Below the pieces are notes generated by a model. It ran no database searches. It had not been told where the DNA came from and was given only the letters and a program-made list of their open reading frames with translations. Position numbers and translations under genes: made by a program. This document shows, piece after piece, positions 50,129 through 60,900 of a stretch of DNA of 64,000 nucleotides (the first letter of the stretch is position 1; each line of letters begins with the position of its first letter). Where the stretch lies: assembly GCA_040386535.1 (NCBI GenBank), contig JAZKFH010000067.1:48204-112203 (forward strand), written 5' to 3'. The DNA comes from Myxococcota bacterium (GTDB taxonomy: Bacteria > Myxococcota_A > UBA796 > SXON01).

Positions 50129-51614
50129 CCGACTCCTGGTACTCGCCGAACACGGCCCGCAACGAATCGGCGACCTCGCCGAGGGTGGCGCGGGCTTCGA
50201 CGGCGGTGAGGATGTGCGGCAGGAGGTTGTCGGTGCCGGACGCGGCCTGCTGAAGCGCGTCGAGCGTGTCCTTCGCGGCCCGCTCGACGCGGTTGGCCCG
50301 GAACGTCTTCAGGCGCCCGACCTGCTCGGCCTCCAGCGCGGGATCGACGCGGAGCAGCCCCTCGGTGGGCGGCTCCTGCTCGACGAACTCGTTGACGCCC
50401 ACCACGATCGCCTGCTTGCGGTCGATCGCGAGCTGGGCGGCGTACGCGGCGTTCTGGATCTCGCGTTGCGGGAACCCGCGCTCGATGGCGGACACCATGC
50501 CGCCCATCGCGTCGATCTCCGCGATGAGGCGGGTCGCCTCATGCTCCAGCCCGTCGGTCAGCCCCTCGATGACGTAGCTGCCGCCGAACGGATCGACGTG
50601 TCTGCTCACGCCCGACTCGAACGCGATGACCTGCTGGGTGCGCAACGCGAGGCGCGCGGCGGGCTCGGACGGGAGCGCCAGCGCCTCGTCCCGCGAGTTG
50701 GTGTGGAGCGACTGGGTGCCGCCCATCACCGCGGCCATCGCCTGGACGGTCACGCGCACGACGTTGTTGTCGATCTGCTGCGCGGTGAGCGTGCTGCCGG
50801 CGGTCTGCGTGTGGAAGCGCAACATCATCGAGCGCGGATCCTTCGCGCCGAAGCGATCCCGCATGATGTGGGCCCACATCCGGCGTGCCGCGCGGAACTT
50901 GGCGATCTCCTCGCAGAAGTCGTTGTGCGCGTTGAAGAAGAACGAGAGCCGCGGCGCGAACTCGTCGACGTGCTGGCCGGCGGCGATCGCGGCGTCGACG
51001 TAGGCGATACCGTCCGCGAGCGTGAAGGCGAGCTCCTGCGCGGCGGTCGAGCCGGCCTCGCGGATGTGGTACCCGGAGATGGAGATCGTGTTCCACCTGG
51101 GCGCGTGCACCGCGCACCACCGGAAGATGTCGGTGATGATCCGCATGCTCGCGCGCGGCGGGTAGATGTAGGTGCCCCGGGCGATGTACTCCTTGAGCAC
51201 GTCGTTCTGGATGGTGCCCTTCATCGCGGTCGTCGGGGTGCCCCGGGCCCGCGCCACGCCCGCGTACAGCGCGAGCAACGTCGACGCTGTCGCGTTGATC
51301 GTCATGCTCGTGCTCACCTCGTCGAGGGGGAGCGAGTCGAGCAGCACGTGCATGTCGTCGATCGTGTCGATGGCGACGCCGACCTTGCCGACCTCGCCCA
51401 CGGACATCGGATGGTCGGAGTCGTACCCCATCTGCGTCGGGAGATCGAAGGCCACGGACAGGCCGGTCTGCCCCTTCTGGAGCAGGTAGCGGTAGCGCTC
51501 GTTGGAGCGGCGCGCGTCTCCGAAGCCGGCGTATTGGCGCATCGTCCAGACGCGCCCCTGGTACATCGTCGGGTGGATGCCGCGGGTGTACGGGAACTTG
51601 CCGGCTTCTTCCAT
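50118..51614 (-). CDS. Methylmalonyl-CoA mutase, catalytic subunit without the B12-binding domain
   Basis: [54 protein letters not shown]. Confidence 0.93.
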   Translation of the reverse strand: MEEAGKFPYTRGIHPTMYQGRVWTMRQYAGFGDARRSNERYRYLLQKGQTGLSVAFDLPTQMGYDSDHPMSVGEVGKVGVAIDTIDDMHVLLDSLPLDEVSTSMTINATASTLLALYAGVARARGTPTTAMKGTIQNDVLKEYIARGTYIYPPRASMRIITDIFRWCAVHAPRWNTISISGYHIREAGSTAAQELAFTLADGIAYVDAAIAAGQHVDEFAPRLSFFFNAHNDFCEEIAKFRAARRMWAHIMRDRFGAKDPRSMMLRFHTQTAGSTLTAQQIDNNVVRVTVQAMAAVMGGTQSLHTNSRDEALALPSEPAARLALRTQQVIAFESGVSRHVDPFGGSYVIEGLTDGLEHEATRLIAEIDAMGGMVSAIERGFPQREIQNAAYAAQLAIDRKQAIVVGVNEFVEQEPPTEGLLRVDPALEAEQVGRLKTFRANRVERAAKDTLDALQQAASGTDNLLPHILTAVEARATLGEVADSLRAVFGEYQESVIL

Positions 51615-52109
51615 CTACGCCTCCACGCGCACGAGCTTCGTGCCGGTCTCGACGGCCTGGCCCTCGGCGACGAGGATCTCGGCGATCGTGCCGTCGATGG
51701 GGCTCTTCATCTCGTTCTCCATCTTCATCGCCTCGACCACGATGACGGGCTGGCCCTTCTTGACCACGTCCCCCACCTTGGCGATGAGACGCACGACGCG
51801 GCCGGGCATCTGCGTCGCGAGCATGCCGGTGGCCGCGCCCGCGGCGAGCTTGAGCGCCTTCCGACGCGGGTCGATCACGCCGACCTCGGTGGAGAGGCCC
51901 ATGACGTCGACGAGGTAGCCGTCGGGCACGGCGACGCAGCCGGCCTCCCAGCTCTCGCCGTCGATGAGCATCTGGTAGGCCTCGGGCGAGGGCTTGAGCA
52001 GGTCGATCTCGTGCAACTCGCCGGGCCACGAGACGCGGTAGCGCCCCTCGCCCGCGGGCTCGATGTCGACGTTGCGGGTGGTGCCGCCGATGGTGATCTC
52101 GTACTTCAT
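51615..52109 (-). CDS. Biotin carboxyl carrier protein subunit
   Basis: MPGRVV, EAMKMENE. Confidence 0.92.
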   Translation of the reverse strand: MKYEITIGGTTRNVDIEPAGEGRYRVSWPGELHEIDLLKPSPEAYQMLIDGESWEAGCVAVPDGYLVDVMGLSTEVGVIDPRRKALKLAAGAATGMLATQMPGRVVRLIAKVGDVVKKGQPVIVVEAMKMENEMKSPIDGTIAEILVAEGQAVETGTKLVRVEA

Positions 52110-53623
52110 GGGACCCGCCAGGTGGTGCCGTGGGGCCGGCCCGCGCGCTTCCACGGGTTCTCGGCGGCGGCCGTGTCATTCACGCGTGCTGGCCGGGTGT
52201 CGGCCTCGTACTTGGCGATCGCGGCCGCGATCGTGGCGATGCGATCGTTGTGGCTCGCGTCGGTCAGCGCCACCATGCGCTCCGGCGAGAGGAACGCGGT
52301 CGAGTAGTTGCCCGCCTGGAAGTCGGGATCCCGCAGGATCGCCTCGAAGAACGGGATGGACGTGCGGATCCCGCGGACGCGGTACTCGCGCAACGCGCGG
52401 ATCGAGCGGGAGATGGCCTCCTCGCGGTTCGCGCCCCAACACACCAGCTTCGCGACCATCGGGTCGTAGTGGATGGGCACCTCGTAGCCCGCGTACACGC
52501 CGCTATCGACGCGCACCCAGGGCCCCCCGGGCTCGCGGAGGCCGGAGATCTTGCCGGGCGCGGGCGCGAAGTTGTTGGCCGGATCCTCGGCGTACACGCG
52601 GCACTCGATCGCGTGGCCGACCTGCTTCACGTCCTCTTGCGTGAACCAGAGGGGCTCCCCGGCGGCGATGCGGAGCTGGGCGCGCACCAGATCGATGCCC
52701 GTCACCATCTCGGTGATGGGGTGCTCGACCTGGAGGCGCGTGTTCATCTCGAGGAAGTAGAACTCCCCCGAGGCCTGCGAGTAGAGGAACTCGATGGTGC
52801 CGGCGCCGACGTAGCCGACGGCGTGCGCGGCCTGGACCGCGACCTTCGCCATCGCGAGGCGCGTCTCATCGGAGAGCACCGGGCACGGCGTCTCCTCCAC
52901 GACCTTCTGGTTGCGCCGCTGCACGGAGCAGTCGCGCTCGAAGAGGTGGACGGTGTGGCCGTGCGCGTCCGCGAGGACCTGGATCTCGACGTGTTTCGGG
53001 TCCGAGACGAACTTCTCGAGGTACACCGCGTCGTCCTTGAACGACCGGGCCGCCTCGGAGCGCGCCGCGCGCCACGCCGCGGGGAAGTCCTCCGGGCGGT
53101 CGACCTTGCGGATGCCCTTGCCGCCGCCGCCGCCCGCGGCCTTGAGCATCACCGGGTAGCCGATCTCGCCCGCGATCTTCTCGGCTTCACCCTCGGTTTC
53201 GATGGGGTGAGTGGTGCCGGGGACGACCGGCACGCCGGCCGCGACCATGCGTTGGCGGGCGCCGGTCTTGCTGCCCATGGAGTCGATGGCGCTCGGCGGC
53301 GGCCCGATCCAGATGAGCCCGGCGTCGATCACCGCCTGGGCGAACGCCGCGTTCTCGGAGAGAAAACCGTAGCCGGGGTGGATCGCGGTCGCGCCGGACT
53401 TCTTGGCGACCTCGATCACCACGTCCCCGCGGAGGTAGCTCTCCGACGAGGGCGCGGGGCCGACACAGTACGCCTCCCCCGCGTTCCGCACGTGCAACGC
53501 CGCACGATCGGCCTCGGAGTAGATGGCGACCGTGCGGATGCCGAGCTCGTGGCATCCACGGATGACACGAACGGCGATCTCACCGCGGTTGGCGACGAGG
53601 ACCTTCTCGAGGGGTGGCTTCAT
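52106..53623 (-). CDS. Biotin carboxylase (acyl-CoA carboxylase, AccC-like)
   Basis: ANRGEIA, HPGYGFLSEN, GGGGKG, ERDCSVQRR, EMNTRLQVEH, YDPMVAK. Confidence 0.95.
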   Translation of the reverse strand: MKPPLEKVLVANRGEIAVRVIRGCHELGIRTVAIYSEADRAALHVRNAGEAYCVGPAPSSESYLRGDVVIEVAKKSGATAIHPGYGFLSENAAFAQAVIDAGLIWIGPPPSAIDSMGSKTGARQRMVAAGVPVVPGTTHPIETEGEAEKIAGEIGYPVMLKAAGGGGGKGIRKVDRPEDFPAAWRAARSEAARSFKDDAVYLEKFVSDPKHVEIQVLADAHGHTVHLFERDCSVQRRNQKVVEETPCPVLSDETRLAMAKVAVQAAHAVGYVGAGTIEFLYSQASGEFYFLEMNTRLQVEHPITEMVTGIDLVRAQLRIAAGEPLWFTQEDVKQVGHAIECRVYAEDPANNFAPAPGKISGLREPGGPWVRVDSGVYAGYEVPIHYDPMVAKLVCWGANREEAISRSIRALREYRVRGIRTSIPFFEAILRDPDFQAGNYSTAFLSPERMVALTDASHNDRIATIAAAIAKYEADTRPARVNDTAAAENPWKRAGRPHGTTWRVP

Positions 53624-53634
53624 GGGCCGGCAGT

Positions 53635-54222
53635 CTAACGCCCCGCGAGCAGATCCTCGACCAGCGCACCACGCGCCGCTCCGGACACCGGCGTGCGCGC
53701 CGCGTAGGCCGGATGATCACACACCAACGTGGCCGGACGACGCATGTCACACAACGCGTCGACCTGGCGCGGCGAGAGCGCGATGCGGACGAACTGCACG
53801 GACGAGATGCGACGCGCGTTGTATTGTTCAGCGTCGAAAGCGGCCTTTACGGGCTCCTCTCCCTCGATCTCCAGGCGGACGTGGTCGTGCAGGCCGAGCA
53901 GCTTGGCCAACATGCGGTCCCGCTCGCCAGCCTCTTCGTACTCGACCAGGAGGGTGGCGGTGAGCTCGTTCGTGCCCGGCAGCAGCGCGTTGTAGGTGTC
54001 GAGCTCGTGCTTGACCGCCTCGGGCGCGGTGATGTGCTCGACGCGGCACATCTCCTGGATCTGCCACGCCAGGGTCACCCGGTTCTCGAACAGGAACGTG
54101 AGGTTGGGACCGAGGCCGACGCGGCGCGCCTCCTTGTTGCGGATCACGTCCCGCTCGAGGGTGGGGCGCTTCTCGAGGAAGGCTGCGTTCGGCAGGATGT
54201 CGGCGGCGGTGAGCTTGTTCAC
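53635..54222 (-). CDS. DUF3501 family protein
   Basis: RRVGLGP..TFLFEN, QIQEM, ELDTYNALLP, SSVQFV, DHPAY. Confidence 0.85.
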   Translation of the reverse strand: MNKLTAADILPNAAFLEKRPTLERDVIRNKEARRVGLGPNLTFLFENRVTLAWQIQEMCRVEHITAPEAVKHELDTYNALLPGTNELTATLLVEYEEAGERDRMLAKLLGLHDHVRLEIEGEEPVKAAFDAEQYNARRISSVQFVRIALSPRQVDALCDMRRPATLVCDHPAYAARTPVSGAARGALVEDLLAGR

Positions 54223-55691
54223 GCTTGTTCCTCGGGGGGCGCCAACACGATGGCGGCGCCGGGTGCGACGGGAGTGGTGTCGGTGCCCCCGTAGGCCTTC
54301 CACAACACTTCGATCGGGTGGACCACCTTCTGGCCGGTGTTCTCCTCGATCTGGAGCTTGGCGATGAGGCAATCGGACGCGAGCGTGCCCGGCTTCTTCG
54401 CCACGAGGCCGTCCAGGAGCGGCTTGGCGCCTACCTTGGAGAGCTCGTAGTACTCCTTCTTCATCCCCCACGTGCCGTCCATGCACGAGCACTTGTCGAC
54501 CAACGTGACATCGGCGCCGGGGAGCTTCTTCATCATGTCCCGGCTGCGGAACCCGATCTTCTGCACCTTGAGGTGACAGGGCAGGTGGTAGCCGATCGCG
54601 CCCACGTCCGCGGTGTAGTCCTCCTTCAACAACTTCTGCTTGCGCAGGTTGAAGAGGTATTCCATCAGGTCGAAGCTCTTCTTCGACACGGCCTCGGCCT
54701 CTTCGGTGCCGAGGTAGTCCTTCCACTCGTGCTTCATCATGTAGGAGCACGTGGGCCCCGGCGAGACGATGTCACAGCCGGCCTTGACGTAGCGATCGAG
54801 GATCGCCACGTTGTGACGCGCCCAATCCGTGGCCCGGGGCACGTCGCCCCCGTCGAGCGCGGGCATGCCACAACAGCGGAACGAAGGCGCGAACACGGTG
54901 ATCCCGTTGTGCTCGAGCACCTCGACCGCCGCGCGGCCGACCTGGGGCTCGTTCCACTGCACCGAGCACGTGTAGAACAGGACGACCTTGCGGCCCTCGA
55001 CCGCCTCGGGCTCGGGCACCCGCTTGCCCGCGACGGGGGGGTGGCGCTTGCCGAACCACTCGAGGAAGGTCTCGTCCGCGAACGTCGGGAGCTGGCGATC
55101 GCGGTGGATGCCGGCGACCATCTCCATCGCGATGCGGTTGATGCGTACGGTCGCGCCGGCGTTGGCGATCAGCGGCATCATCGTGCCGAGTTTGCCGACG
55201 AGGTCGGGATCCCCGAGCACGCGGTCCTGCAGCTTGACGCCGTGCTCCTTCGCGTCGATCGCCTTGTGGCGGAGCATCAGGCGCGGGAAATCGACCCCGA
55301 ACTCGTGCGGCGGGGTGTAGGGGCAGATGGGATCACACAACTTGCATTGGTAGCAGAGGTCGACGACCTCCTGGTGCACCGAGAGGGGCACGCTCTCCAA
55401 CGCCTCGGCCTGGCCACGGATGTCCGCGCGCGGGGCGGCCGCGTGGAAGTGTTCGGTCGCGGCGGCGTGGTTGCCGAGCGCGTCGACCTGGACCGCGGGC
55501 TTGTTCTCGTCCACCACGTGCGGGGACGGATCGAGCGCGTCGACCGCGTCGAACAGCTTGGGGAAGGACGGGCAGAGGTTCCAACACAACCGACAGCCGT
55601 TGCAGATCTCGAAGACCCGCTTCTCCTCGGCGACCAGGGCGTCGCGGCTCCAGTATTCGGGCTCGCGCGGCGTGGGGATGGAATGGGCCAT
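54219..55691 (-). CDS. Rubrerythrin-associated Fe-S oxidoreductase (GlpC/CCG-domain)
   Basis: [45 protein letters not shown]. Confidence 0.88.
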   Translation of the reverse strand: MAHSIPTPREPEYWSRDALVAEEKRVFEICNGCRLCWNLCPSFPKLFDAVDALDPSPHVVDENKPAVQVDALGNHAAATEHFHAAAPRADIRGQAEALESVPLSVHQEVVDLCYQCKLCDPICPYTPPHEFGVDFPRLMLRHKAIDAKEHGVKLQDRVLGDPDLVGKLGTMMPLIANAGATVRINRIAMEMVAGIHRDRQLPTFADETFLEWFGKRHPPVAGKRVPEPEAVEGRKVVLFYTCSVQWNEPQVGRAAVEVLEHNGITVFAPSFRCCGMPALDGGDVPRATDWARHNVAILDRYVKAGCDIVSPGPTCSYMMKHEWKDYLGTEEAEAVSKKSFDLMEYLFNLRKQKLLKEDYTADVGAIGYHLPCHLKVQKIGFRSRDMMKKLPGADVTLVDKCSCMDGTWGMKKEYYELSKVGAKPLLDGLVAKKPGTLASDCLIAKLQIEENTGQKVVHPIEVLWKAYGGTDTTPVAPGAAIVLAPPEEQA

Positions 55692-55795
55692 GGATAGGCG
55701 AGCCTCCTGCGCACGTGGCCGCGCGGCGGTGGGGCGCGACACGGATGTCGTGCCGGGCGGGTGGGGAGCGGCGCGGGCCGCCCCCCGCGGACGAG

Positions 55796-56212
<417 letters not shown>

Positions 56213-56239
56213 GGGGTACTCCGGTACGTGGGTGGAACG

Positions 56240-56260
56240 GGACCAATTTAGAATCGGTCC
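56240..56260. promoter_or_regulatory. Imperfect palindrome upstream of rubrerythrin (candidate Fur/PerR/Irr-family operator)
   Basis: GGACCAATT-TAG-AATCGGTCC, an AT-rich dyad 28 bp upstream of the ATG. Confidence 0.5.
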
Positions 56261-56424
56261 AGCCGGCCACAGGTATCCGGTCCAGATAGCGGCCGCCGCC
56301 CGCCCGACGTAAGTTCCGGCCCTACCCCGGCCCGCACCTGGGGCGGACACGGTTGGCGTGCAACTTGCAGATGCGATTGACACGGCGCCTTCGCGCCGAA
56401 CCCCTCGGCCCCTCCGGAGCCCCC

Positions 56425-57546
56425 ATGTCCCTTCTCCTCGCCCTCCTCCCCTCCGCCTGGCCCTGCGCCGGCCTCGTCACGTCCGACTACCGGGAGCAGC
56501 TCGCGTCGTCCGACGCGCAGCAGGCCATCCTCCAGATCGGCGCCTCACAGGTGAGCGCCGAGTACCGGGTGCGCTACGCCGGCAACGCGACGGATTTTGC
56601 GTGGATCATCCCCGTGCCGGGCAAGGTCGAGGCCGTCGAGGAGGGTGACGAGCGGCGCTTCACCGGGGTCGAGGTGTACACCGCGCCGACCGCCGTGTAC
56701 GAGAGGGAGGACGAAGCGCGAGGCGACGCGAAGCGCGGGTGCGCGGGCGGGGGCGACAAGCCCGGCTCCAGCGACAACGCCGCGGACACGGCCCAGGCGG
56801 GCCGCGGGTTCGAGGATGGCATCTCGATCGTGGCCTCCGGGTACGCGGGCGCGTTCGAGTACACCGTGCTCGAAGCCGAGAGCGCCGACGGGCTGGTCGC
56901 CTGGCTGGAGGCCGAGGGCTACGACCCCACGATCTCCGCGCCGTCGATCCAGGCGTACGTGGACGACCCCATCGCCTTCTCCTGGGTGGCCGTGCAGCTC
57001 TCACCCGAGGCCGCCGAGACGCCCGACGGCGGGATCGTGCTCCCGCCGCTCCGCCTGACGTGGTCGGCCGGCGAGGACGGCATCCTCTACAGCTCGTACC
57101 CCGCGCGGATGGCCGCGACGTCGATGCTCGCCGAGGTGCGCACCGAGCTGTACGTGATGGGCGCGAGCCGTGCGGAGCCCCAGAACGGCTGGACCGCCGC
57201 CGAGCGCAGCTACGACGAGGGGGAGTACAACTTGACCGCGGGCGACGGCACTGAGCCCTCGGAGGCGTACGCGGAGACCCTCCGCGAAGTCGGCACCACC
57301 CACCCGGTGTTGTACCCGGTGTGGGGGGGCGACTATGTGGACAGCGTCGCCGGGGAGACCTGGCTGACCCGCTACGACACGATCCTCGCGCCGCCCACGA
57401 ACCAGAAGGACATCGTCTTCACCGAGACCGGGGACATCGCGCCGTTCGAGACCACCATCGGCAAGCGCGAGGATGACGGCGTGAGCCCCGCCTGGCTCTT
57501 GCCGCTGGGGCTGGGCGGGCTGTTGCTCCGCCGCCGTCGCGTCTGA
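56425..57546 (+). CDS. DUF2330-like exported protein with a C-terminal sorting/TM tail
   Basis: Signal ...AWPCAG; YAGNATDFAWIIPVP; WLEAEGY; WLTRY; tail AWLLPLGLGGLLLRRRRV. Confidence 0.8.
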   Translation: MSLLLALLPSAWPCAGLVTSDYREQLASSDAQQAILQIGASQVSAEYRVRYAGNATDFAWIIPVPGKVEAVEEGDERRFTGVEVYTAPTAVYEREDEARGDAKRGCAGGGDKPGSSDNAADTAQAGRGFEDGISIVASGYAGAFEYTVLEAESADGLVAWLEAEGYDPTISAPSIQAYVDDPIAFSWVAVQLSPEAAETPDGGIVLPPLRLTWSAGEDGILYSSYPARMAATSMLAEVRTELYVMGASRAEPQNGWTAAERSYDEGEYNLTAGDGTEPSEAYAETLREVGTTHPVLYPVWGGDYVDSVAGETWLTRYDTILAPPTNQKDIVFTETGDIAPFETTIGKREDDGVSPAWLLPLGLGGLLLRRRRV

Positions 57547-57561
57547 CGCCCTGCTCACGCG

Positions 57562-57939
57562 CTACCGTGCCGCGCCGGCGATGTGCTCGTGCACCGTACG
57601 GACGAAGCTCGACACGTCGATGGGCTTGCTGATGTAGCCGTTGAAGTCGACCAGGAAGCGCTCCCGATCCCCGTGGAGCGCGTAGGCCGTCACCGCCACC
57701 ACGGGCACGTGCGCGAGGCGCGGCTGGCCGCGGAAGTACGCCAGGACACGCGCGCCACCGCCGCCGGGGATCTGTATGTCCACGAGCGCGAGCGCCGGGG
57801 TGTGCACATCCAATAGCCGGCAGGCCTCGTCGGCATCCGCGGCACACAATACATCGAATCCCTGCGCTTCAAGCAGGTCTTTTACCAATAGCATGTTCGA
57901 AGGGTGGTCTTCTACCACCAACACTTGGGTCCGGGTCAT
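57562..57939 (-). CDS. Single-domain response regulator (DivK-like)
   Basis: VLVVED, LVDIQIP, VTAYA, YISKP. Confidence 0.92.
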   Translation of the reverse strand: MTRTQVLVVEDHPSNMLLVKDLLEAQGFDVLCAADADEACRLLDVHTPALALVDIQIPGGGGARVLAYFRGQPRLAHVPVVAVTAYALHGDRERFLVDFNGYISKPIDVSSFVRTVHEHIAGAAR

Positions 57940-57950
57940 ATGAGGCTCCT

Positions 57951-60900
57951 TCAGACGGGGGTGACGCTGCCGGCCATCGCGCGGTACGCGCGCGCGGCGA
58001 CCTCCTCGACGGGCAGGTCGGGGGGGATGAGCACGGCAGGGAGGGTTGGGTGCAGGGGCTGTTCGAGGGCCTCGACGGCGTTGCTGTACACGATGAGGTC
58101 GGCGTCGAACGCCACCGCGCCGGAGAGCGAGCTGCCCCGACGAACCGTGGCGCCTCCGCCGCGCAAGAGGCTCTCGAGCGCGGCGAGCGTCTGGTCGATG
58201 TCGAACACCCACACGCGCAGGCCCGCCATCAACGGGAGCGGCACGGCGGAAGCTCGCAGCCGCGCCAGCGTCATCCAGCGCGCGGGCGGGACCGCGTCCT
58301 CCTCCGCGACCGAGGCGACGCCCCCCAGGAACATCACGGGAAGCTCGAGGCGGGACGCCGCCTCGAGCAACGGCGACTGCTCGTCCAGACCGGTGCGGAG
58401 CGCGGCGTCGAGGATCAGCACGCCTGGAGGCCGCCCCTCGAGCCGCGTGAGCGCCGTGTCGATGCCGGGCACCACGTCGACATGGAGCCCGGCTTGTTCC
58501 AACTGCTCCACGAGCTGCGCCGCGACGATGGGCACGTGCCCCACCAGGAGCGCGCGGATGGGCGGCGGCGCCAGGAGCGACTTGACGGGGAGGCGAAGCG
58601 TGAACGTGCTCCCCTCCCCGATCTCGCTCTCCACGTCGAGGCGGCCTCCATGCAGATCCGCGAGACGACGGCTCAGCGCGAGGCCGAGGCCGGTCCCGTC
58701 CATGGGGCGGCCGCCAGACGACGCGATCTGCTCGAACTCGTCGAAGACCCGTTGGAGATCTTCGCGCCCGATGCCGATGCCCGTGTCGGACACCCGCACG
58801 GTCATGTCCCCGTCGGCCACCGCGGCTTCGACCGAGACGCGCCCGCCGTGCGCCGTGAATTTGCACGCGTTCGAGAGGAGGTTGATCAGGATCTGGCGCA
58901 CCCGCTTCACGTCGAGACGGAGCGAAGGGAGATCGGGCGCGATCACCACGTCGAGCGCGAGGCCGCCGCGCGCGGCCACGGGCTGCATGCCCGAGCAGAC
59001 GCTCACGAGCAGCGGGCCGATCGCGGTCTCCACGAGATCGAGCGTGAGGCGCCCGGCCTCCACCTTGGAGATGTCGAGGATGTCGTCGACGAGCGAGAGC
59101 AGGTGTCGCCCGCCGGCGACGATGTGCCCGACGTAGTCGGCCTGGCGCGGGTTGAGCGTGCCGAAGATCTGCTGGGCGAGCAGATCCGAGAACCCGATGA
59201 TCGCGTTGAGCGGCGTGCGCAGCTCATGGCTCATGTTCGCCAGAAATGCGCTCTTGGCGCGGTTGGCCTCCTCGGCCCGGAGGCGCGCCGCCGCCAATGC
59301 GCGCTCGTTGCGCTTCTGGCCGCGGATGTCGCGCGCGATGGTCGAGATCCGCTCGATCGTGCCGTCCGACGACCGGTGCGCGAGGATGGTCTGCGCCACC
59401 GGGATCCCCACGCCGGTAGCCGAGCGCAGGACGCTCTCCCCGACCCATACGCCATCCCGGAGCGCGGACGGGATCGCGACGCTCTCGATGTGGCGCCACG
59501 CCCCGCCTGGATGGCAGGCGCGCACGGTGAGGCCGAGCTGCTCGACGTTCGCGTCCGGCGCCAGGTTGCCGAGGTGCCGGCCGGCGCGATTCACGTACAG
59601 GACCCGCCCCTCCAGGTCGGCCATGCTCACGATGTCGGGGGTGGCGTCGAGGATCTGGGCGAGGCGCTCGCGCTCGTCGAGGAGCCGACGCCGCTCGTCC
59701 TCCATGCGCCTCCGCTCGGTGACATCCTGGGAGAAGCCCCGGAACACGACCGGCATGCCCTCGTCGCCGTACACCATCTCGGCGCGGGTGAGCACGTGGC
59801 GCAAGCCGTCGGCGCGGACGATCCGGAACTCCTTCTCGACCGGTCCGCGGCGCACGATCGCCTCGGCCATGAGCGAGTCCATGAGCTCCCGTTCGTCGGG
59901 ATGCACGCGCATGCGCACATCGGCGTCCTGGGTCTCCGAGTCCGCGGAGGTGCCGTGGATGCGGTGGAACTCCTCGTCCAGCAGCAGCTTCCCGGTGCGA
60001 AGGTCGACCTTCCACGCGCCGATGCCCGCGAGCCGCTGCATCTCCGAGAGGAGCGTGCCGCGCTCCTCCAGGCGGTGCTCGAGCCACCGGGTCTCGCTCT
60101 GGTCCCGCACCACGACCACCTGCCGATCGTCCGCGTCGAGCGCGGCTGTGGTGCACGTCACCGGGAAGCAGAGACCGGTCAGCTTGCGCGCCGACAACTC
60201 ACGAGGCGGATGGGACGCGTCGCGCACGGGGCTCCAGCCCGGCAGCAGCCCGTCGAGCCTCCTCCCCTCGAGCCCCCCGGCCTGGGCCCCGAACATCACC
60301 TCGGCGGCGGGGTTCGCGAACTCCACGATCTCGCCCGCGATCACGAACGTCGCGTCCCCAGCGGTCTGCAGGACGGCCGCGAGCTTCTGGCTCCGCAGGC
60401 GCTCGTTCCGTTCGGCCTCCCGCCGACGGGTCTGGTCCAGCACGAGCCCGTCCCAGCGGCACCGCCCGTCTGGCGTCAGGCGCGGAACGCATCGGACGTG
60501 CAGCCAGCGCACGCCCAGCGGGGTGGTGAACCGGAGCTCCGCGTCCAACGGCGACACCGCCTCCCGCGATGCCGCGCCGAGCACGAGGAGCCGACGGCGA
60601 TCCGAGCCCTCGAGGCGCTGGAGCAGGCTGACGGGATCACACGTGCCGTCCGCCATCGACACGCCCAGTAGCGACTCCAGCGAGCTGCTCAGGTACGTGA
60701 ACCGCGCGCCGGACTCGCCGCCGGTCTCGAGCTGGAACAACCCCGCGTCCGGTAGGTCGTCGCCAAGCAAGCGGAGCTGCGTCTCGCGACGCTCGCTCTC
60801 GAGCGCCGCTTCCTTGCGTTGGGTGATGTCCTGGCACGCCCCGTAAAGGCGCACCATCTCGTCCCCTTCCCGCTGCGCCGCCCCCACGATGCGCATCCAG

